A stretch of DNA of 64,000 nucleotides from Minisyncoccia bacterium (GTDB taxonomy: Bacteria; Patescibacteriota; Minisyncoccia; Phycocordibacterales; UBA9973): NCBI GenBank assembly GCA_965656375.1, contig CBFHKH010000001.1, positions 13,432 through 77,431 on the forward strand, written 5' to 3'. The notes beneath the pieces are model-generated. The model was not told the DNA's origin, ran no database searches, and saw only the letters and a program-made list of their open reading frames with translations. Position numbers and translations under genes: made by a program. Below are positions 58,496-64,000 of the stretch, piece by piece (within the stretch, counting starts at the first letter, position 1; each line of letters opens with the position of its first letter).

Positions 58496-59734
58496 GTGAA
58501 AAGTCAATTTTTGAAAAAGCTCAAAATCCCCGATACACCGGGAGTATATTTCTTCCGAAAAGGGAAGACTATTCTCTATATCGGCAAGGCTACCTCTCTC
58601 CGTTCCCGTACCCGAAGTTATTTCGCTAAAGACTTGATCGCTACTCGTGGCCCTACTATTGTAGATATGGTATTCAAAGCAGGTGACATTACATGGACTG
58701 AGACTGACTCAGTGCTCGAAGCTCTTCTTCTTGAAGCTGAACTGATTAAAAAGCACAGACCCTACTACAATGTTCAAGAAAAAGATGATAAAAGTTTCAA
58801 TTGCGTCGTCATAACTCGAGAGGATTTCCCAAAGGTATTAGTGATCCGCAAGCGCGAGCTTATCGCAGATTTAGATGCAAAAAAGAAGTATCAAGCTATC
58901 TACGGACCGTTTACAAATGGGCTTCAGCTTCGAGAAGCACTCAAGATTATCAGGAGAATATTCCCATTCATTGATGCTCAGTCTGCAAAGAAGGATAATG
59001 AGTTATTCTATCATCAGCTCGGCCTTTCTCCGGATACGCATTCTGACAGAGCGGAAAAAGCATATCAAGATACTATCCGAAATCTCAAGCTATTCTTCTC
59101 AGGCAAGAAGAAAGAAGTGATAACGAATATGAAAAAAGAGATGAAGGAAGCCGCACGCATGCGTAACTTTGAACACGCAGCCCAAATCCGTAATCGAATA
59201 TTTGCACTTGAACATATCAACGACGTCTCGCTTCTCAAAGACGATCCAACTGCATCACTCGAGAAAAAATATTTCACTTCTTCAAATACATTTCGTATCG
59301 AAGCGTATGATATCGCGCATATGTCTGGCAAAAATATGGTCGGGGTGATGACAGTAATCGAAGATGGAGAAGTTGCTAAAAAAGAATACAAAAAGTTTAT
59401 TATTCGTACACAAAGCGGATCCAATGACACAGGCGCACTTGAAGAAGTTCTTTCTCGTCGCCTTCGTCATACGGAGTGGGGATTGCCGAGTCTTATTGTT
59501 GTTGACGGAAGTACAGCTCAGATAAACGTTGCTAAGCAAGTGCTTGATCGCTATCAATTTAATATTCCAATTATTTCAGTAGTAAAAGATGATCGACACA
59601 AAGCCAAAGCACTGATGGGGGATGCGGAAATAATAAAAACGCACAAAAAATCGATACTCCTAGGGAATAGCGAAGCACATCGCTTTGGTATCGCATTTCA
59701 TAAGTTGAAGCGCTCAAAGAATTTCCTCAAATAA
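58496..59734 (+). CDS. uvrC: Excinuclease ABC subunit C, short form
   Basis: GIY-YIG (PGVYFF..LYIGKA..LRSRTRSYF), UVR (FEHAAQIRN), RNase H-like (IEAYDIAH, LIVVDG, EAHRF); no terminal HhH recognised. Confidence 0.9.
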   Translation: MKSQFLKKLKIPDTPGVYFFRKGKTILYIGKATSLRSRTRSYFAKDLIATRGPTIVDMVFKAGDITWTETDSVLEALLLEAELIKKHRPYYNVQEKDDKSFNCVVITREDFPKVLVIRKRELIADLDAKKKYQAIYGPFTNGLQLREALKIIRRIFPFIDAQSAKKDNELFYHQLGLSPDTHSDRAEKAYQDTIRNLKLFFSGKKKEVITNMKKEMKEAARMRNFEHAAQIRNRIFALEHINDVSLLKDDPTASLEKKYFTSSNTFRIEAYDIAHMSGKNMVGVMTVIEDGEVAKKEYKKFIIRTQSGSNDTGALEEVLSRRLRHTEWGLPSLIVVDGSTAQINVAKQVLDRYQFNIPIISVVKDDRHKAKALMGDAEIIKTHKKSILLGNSEAHRFGIAFHKLKRSKNFLK

Positions 59735-59762
59735 AAAAGCTTCCCGGGAAGGGAAGCTTTTT
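59734..59762. terminator. Bidirectional terminator after uvrC
   Basis: AAAAAGCTTCCC-gggaa-GGGAAGCTTTTT. Confidence 0.75.
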
Positions 59763-59769
59763 ATCTTTA

Positions 59770-60363
59770 TTATCTTGATATGTCAGCAATTTCTAAGAAT
59801 AGCTTTTCCATTACAGTTTCATAAGATTTATAAAATTCTTTTGCAAATCGTCCCATGCCTGGAGGTAGGGAAATTTGTTGGAAATTGGCTGCAACAGTAG
59901 GGGCAATTTCTTTAAACTTATCTGTTAATTCATCTTTGCCTGGTATTTTATACGGATCAAGTGGTAGGTCAATTGATTGATTTTTATCCACATGCATTGT
60001 CAGCGTATGTTCACCTTCCTTGTAATTTACCTGAAACAGATTTTTACCAGTATATTTTTTGCCGTCAAATCCGTAATTCGTAGTGAAATCTGCATTATCT
60101 CCATTTTGGGTGTACATTCTCAGGGAATAAACACCTTCACCTGATTTATGAAATTGCAGTACTGTGGTTTGATCGTCCTTGGATATAAATTCAGATCTTT
60201 CATCAAAAGCTTTATGTGAGGCTATTGATAATTTTTCAGATCCTTCAAAAAAATTCCAATATAACTTATAAAAGCCGTATAGGAAATTTACAGGAAAGAT
60301 CCGGTACTGCTTAGGTAATTCATCAGATGATAAATAACCGAGTATTAATGAATTTGTTAACAT
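59770..60363 (-). CDS. Hypothetical protein (AT-rich orphan)
   Basis: 197-aa ORF; upstream minus-strand TTGCAT-17-TATAGT promoter. Confidence 0.65.
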   Translation of the reverse strand: MLTNSLILGYLSSDELPKQYRIFPVNFLYGFYKLYWNFFEGSEKLSIASHKAFDERSEFISKDDQTTVLQFHKSGEGVYSLRMYTQNGDNADFTTNYGFDGKKYTGKNLFQVNYKEGEHTLTMHVDKNQSIDLPLDPYKIPGKDELTDKFKEIAPTVAANFQQISLPPGMGRFAKEFYKSYETVMEKLFLEIADISR

Positions 60364-60482
60364 AGTATTAAAATTTTAAGGTTTACGATTAATATAACTA
60401 TACAATATAATTTAGATTTATGCAAATATTGTAGATGATCAACTCTAGACGCTCTACTCTATAGGCGATATACTGTACATAT

Positions 60483-61484
60483 ATGATACGAGTTGGAGTT
60501 ATTCGAGGAGGTATAAGTTCTGAATACGATGTGTCGCTCAATACAGGCGCAAATGTTCTTGCTCATTTGCGGAGTGAGCATATGTCTGATACATACAAAC
60601 CGATCGATATCTATATCGATAAAGCTGGCGCATGGCATGTTGCTGGCAAACCTGCAACACTCGAAGATATTTCCAAAAAAGTAGATGTCGTATTCAATGC
60701 ACTTCACGGTGACTTTGGGGAAGATGGCAAAGTGCAAACACTCCTTGATCAATGGGGTATACCATATACTGGATCGAAAGCATTTCCATCTGCTCTCGGA
60801 TATAACAAAGCCCTCGCTAAAGAAAGATTCAAAGCACTCGGCATACAGACCCCGCAATCGGTTATCATCACCATGGATAGTATTGATAGAGAGAAAGATC
60901 TGCGCGCGACAGCAAAAGAACAAGCACGATTCGTCTGGAGCAAGATCGCACCGCCATGGGTAGTCAAACCGATCTCAAGCGGATCATCAGTTGGTGTAAA
61001 AGTTTCGAAGACATTCCCTGAGCTTGAGAGTGCGATTGAATCTTGTATTACTGGTAACACTGATATCCTTGTTGAAGAGATGATCGAAGGTAAAGAAGCA
61101 ACCGTCGGAGTAGTAGAGGGTTTTCGTGGTAAAGATATCTACACGCTCCCGCCGATTGAGATACGTGTTCCAAAGCATAAAACATTCTTCGACTATGACG
61201 CCAAGTATTCGGGAATTTCCGAAGAGATTTGCCCTGGTAATTTCACGCATGCAGAAAAAGAGGAATTACAAAAGATGGCATCTCTCATCCATAGCGGGCT
61301 TGATCTCAGTCATTACTCACGAAGTGATTTTATCGTTCACCCAAAGAAGGGAATATACGCGCTTGAGGTCAATACGCTTCCAGGTCTCACTGATGAGTCT
61401 CTGACCCCAAAGGCTTTGAACGCCGTCGGTGCAACAATGCCGGAATTTCTTAGGCATATTCTCAACCTTGCCCACAAGAGGTAA
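60483..61484 (+). CDS. ddl: D-alanine--D-alanine ligase
   Basis: GGISSEYDVSL, ALHGDFGEDG, GSSVGV, FDYDAKY, LEVNTLPG. Confidence 0.96.
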   Translation: MIRVGVIRGGISSEYDVSLNTGANVLAHLRSEHMSDTYKPIDIYIDKAGAWHVAGKPATLEDISKKVDVVFNALHGDFGEDGKVQTLLDQWGIPYTGSKAFPSALGYNKALAKERFKALGIQTPQSVIITMDSIDREKDLRATAKEQARFVWSKIAPPWVVKPISSGSSVGVKVSKTFPELESAIESCITGNTDILVEEMIEGKEATVGVVEGFRGKDIYTLPPIEIRVPKHKTFFDYDAKYSGISEEICPGNFTHAEKEELQKMASLIHSGLDLSHYSRSDFIVHPKKGIYALEVNTLPGLTDESLTPKALNAVGATMPEFLRHILNLAHKR

Positions 61485-61504
61485 GTGTGGTATAATTTCC
61501 TCAC

Positions 61505-62563
61505 ATGAATAGATTTCTAAAGGCTTTAAAACATTTTTTCATACCGCATAAGCACAACGACTACAAGCCGCATCTCCTTCGTGAGGTTTCTATTGTCTCA
61601 ATCACTATTGGTGCTATTGTACTCCTATCTATTTCTGCAGGTACAAGCCTTTATATAAAGAATACAAATATGACCGCTACAGTCCTTCCGGCTGTGCTTG
61701 TCGACCTTACAAACAATGTCCGTGCATCGAATAATGAACGGATACTTACTCGTAGTGACGTACTCGATACCGCAGCACGGCTTAAAGCAGAAGACATGGC
61801 TCGCAATGGTTACTTTGCTCATACGAGTCCCGCTGGTCTTTCTCCATGGCATTGGTTCAATGAAGCAGGATATTCTTTTAAATACGCAGGAGAGAACCTC
61901 GCAATAGACTTTAGTGAGTCTGTAGATGTACAAAATGCATGGCTCAACTCTCCAACACACAAGGCAAATATCTTGGGAAGTCGTTTTACTGAGATCGGTA
62001 TCGCTACTGTAGATGGTATGTATCAAGGTCACGCAACTACATATGTAGTAGAGATGTTCGGAATGCCCGCAGCTTCACCAATTGCAAAGGCTAAGAGTCC
62101 TACACCTGCGAAAGTAGAAACAGGTATGCAAGCCGGACCTGTTCCTTTGACTGAAGCTCCTATCACAGTTAGAACTGCGCCAGCAGTTGAAGGTGAGTCC
62201 ATTGCACTTCCACCAGAGCAAAATCTTGAAACAGTAACAGAAACGAAAGAATTCGTAGAAGTAAAGAATAATGCTACACAAGAAAAAGTAGAGACACCTA
62301 TTATACAGGAAGTACACTACTCAAAGTGGTACGAGAAGTTTATGTTCCTCACTCCAGCGTATGCGAATCTCATCTACAAGATATGTATGTGGGTAGTTCT
62401 TGTAGCGCTTCTTCTTATGATAATCATAGAGTTTCGAAGACAGCATCTCCGAAATATATTCTATGGAGTTTTACTCTTGGTCATAATGTTCTCCTTTGTG
62501 TATATCAACAAGGCTCTGTTCATAAATAGCTTTTCATCAGAACCTATTATAAATTTTATCTAA
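61505..62563 (+). CDS. Membrane-bound CAP (SCP/YkwD-like) domain protein
   Basis: LTNNVR, KAEDM..GYFAH, AGENLA, WLNSPTHKANIL, EIGIA; TM helices at both ends. Confidence 0.9.
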   Translation: MNRFLKALKHFFIPHKHNDYKPHLLREVSIVSITIGAIVLLSISAGTSLYIKNTNMTATVLPAVLVDLTNNVRASNNERILTRSDVLDTAARLKAEDMARNGYFAHTSPAGLSPWHWFNEAGYSFKYAGENLAIDFSESVDVQNAWLNSPTHKANILGSRFTEIGIATVDGMYQGHATTYVVEMFGMPAASPIAKAKSPTPAKVETGMQAGPVPLTEAPITVRTAPAVEGESIALPPEQNLETVTETKEFVEVKNNATQEKVETPIIQEVHYSKWYEKFMFLTPAYANLIYKICMWVVLVALLLMIIIEFRRQHLRNIFYGVLLLVIMFSFVYINKALFINSFSSEPIINFI

Positions 62564-62742
62564 ACTCGAAATACTAAAAATACCCCTATAGATAATGGGT
62601 ATTTTTTGATTTAAATGTTATGCACTCGTTATGCACCATTCGTAAATTGACATAATCGCAATTTACTATAATGTGAGGTATACAGACGTTTTTATACGTT
62701 TTTTAACAATTAATTATTAGCTTTTAATAGATATTTTATTTT

Positions 62743-64000
62743 ATGTTTACTCTAAAAAGGGATTCAAATCTCAAATCTGTTTCTGCAGGAGTTCTCGCAT
62801 TCATGATGGCATTCGGCGGACTTTTTGGCCTCGCTCCGAAAGCCTTCGCAGCGAGTATCAGTACATACAGTGATTCTGGATGTACAACACCTGCAAGTTC
62901 TTTTAACACAGGTGCAGTAGTATATATCGGTGGATCAGACTATACCGTTGCTCAAGATCCACAATGGTCAGTGAGCGGTCTTAATGTCGATGATGCTGGT
63001 GTCACAACTGCATCAGGAGGAAATATTTGTTTTTCTCTTCGCACAATAGGTGCTACTGAAAGTGGTTCTTATAATGTATCTGTTATCCAAACTAATGGAG
63101 ACGAGATCATTAGTGGTTCTACTTCATACACTGTCGTAGTTCCAACTACAACAAGTACACAGCCTGCGACAGACATCACATCAAGTGATGCAACGCTTAA
63201 TGGTACTAATGGATCAGGAGCTGCAAGCGAAGAATCATTCTGGGTATCACTTGCTCCGTTTGACACTTCAACTCCTAACATCCCAGCTGATGTGTACTCA
63301 ACACCAGTTCTTCCAGGGGTTCCAGCAAATGCAACATTCTCAACATCACTTTCAATCGTCAGTACAAACGGTATCATCACAGGTGGTGCATCAGGCAACC
63401 TTGCGATCACACCAAACACAACATACTACTACGTAGCATGGGCAAACTTTGACGGTGGATGGAAGCCAGGTGAGATAGAGAGCTTTACTACACTCGCTGT
63501 AGTTCCGCCTCCAACACCAGCAGAGTGTAACGACAGTACATTTGATATGTTCACACTCGGTTCAGTAAACGGTCAGGATGGCTGGAGTGCGACTGGTCCA
63601 TTTGATCAGGAAGTTGAAGAAAATACATATGGCTTCTCTGGCTTTGGATGTAAAGTCCTCCGCATCTCAGATGCGATCGCGTCAGGTTCATTTGGTGATC
63701 AGATCTTCTCAAAGTCTCTAACAAATGAAGCAGGTGAGGCAGATGCCCAGAATGGTGGTATGTCATCTGGTACACGTCAGAGTCGTTTCGAAGCGCAGTT
63801 TGAGCTTGCGTCAGCACTTCCTACATACCAACCAGGAATGCATTTCACAGTTTCTCCAGATCGAGGAGATGGTGCTCGCATGAGTTACCTCCGCTTTGAA
63901 GATACTCCAGCAGGTATAGATGTATTCTTCTATGATGTACAGGGTGAGACAAATCCTGCAAACTTTGTAGAGACACAGATTGCAAATGATCTCTCTCGAA
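62743..64000 (+). CDS. Secreted Ser/Thr/Gly-rich surface protein (3' part outside the window)
   Basis: Not in the ORF track because there is no stop in the window; ATG at 62743, signal peptide ending KAFA, FN3-like ATDITSSDATLNG...TTYYYVAW segment. Confidence 0.75.
   Translation, partial: MFTLKRDSNLKSVSAGVLAFMMAFGGLFGLAPKAFAASISTYSDSGCTTPASSFNTGAVVYIGGSDYTVAQDPQWSVSGLNVDDAGVTTASGGNICFSLRTIGATESGSYNVSVIQTNGDEIISGSTSYTVVVPTTTSTQPATDITSSDATLNGTNGSGAASEESFWVSLAPFDTSTPNIPADVYSTPVLPGVPANATFSTSLSIVSTNGIITGGASGNLAITPNTTYYYVAWANFDGGWKPGEIESFTTLAVVPPPTPAECNDSTFDMFTLGSVNGQDGWSATGPFDQEVEENTYGFSGFGCKVLRISDAIASGSFGDQIFSKSLTNEAGEADAQNGGMSSGTRQSRFEAQFELASALPTYQPGMHFTVSPDRGDGARMSYLRFEDTPAGIDVFFYDVQGETNPANFVETQIANDLSR

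Noticed and set aside
60483-61484. Vancomycin-resistance ligase (given the VanY-like domain elsewhere in the window)
   Set aside because: The omega loop FDYDAKY retains the Tyr typical of D-Ala-D-Ala ligases; no vanH/vanX/vanRS cluster
1-64000. Alternative genetic code (UGA=Gly, as in Gracilibacteria/Absconditabacteria)
   Set aside because: Core genes are full length under code 11, and uvrA terminates at TGA inside a terminator hairpin

Overview
Chromosomal segment of a small-genome bacterium that looks like Patescibacteria/CPR (Parcubacteria-like). This is inferred from gene content, compact housekeeping proteins, scarce Shine-Dalgarno sites and standard code 11 (uvrA ends in TGA). Core genes: rnc, a short smc, rnr, rpsP, khpA, trmD, rpoB-rpoC-dnaG-rpoD, tRNA-Thr(UGU), tsf, rpsB, proS, mreB, mreC, tgt, uvrB/uvrA/uvrC and ddl. 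Accessory content: a 16 kb cell-surface locus (two paralogous WxL/pilin-like subunits, a membrane-anchored partner, an FN3 protein, a membrane-tethered HTH protein with a candidate operator, and a 3721-aa fibre-like protein with an S74-type chaperone), a GtrA/GT-C/GT2 glycosylation cluster and several AT-rich orphan genes. The most striking unexplained signal is a set of short palindromic/hairpin DNA elements. They lie in frame inside core genes (rpoC, dnaG, uvrB, tgt), in intergenic regions around rpsB-tsf, and inside a duplicated tRNA 5' fragment, where the intact tRNA shows the empty site. Other notable items: a circularly permuted DsbA-like protein, candidate pseudoknotted leaders for rpoB and khpA, a divergent macrodomain next to uvrB, and rifampicin-pocket substitutions in RpoB. 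All family assignments come from motif recognition by eye; no searches were run.
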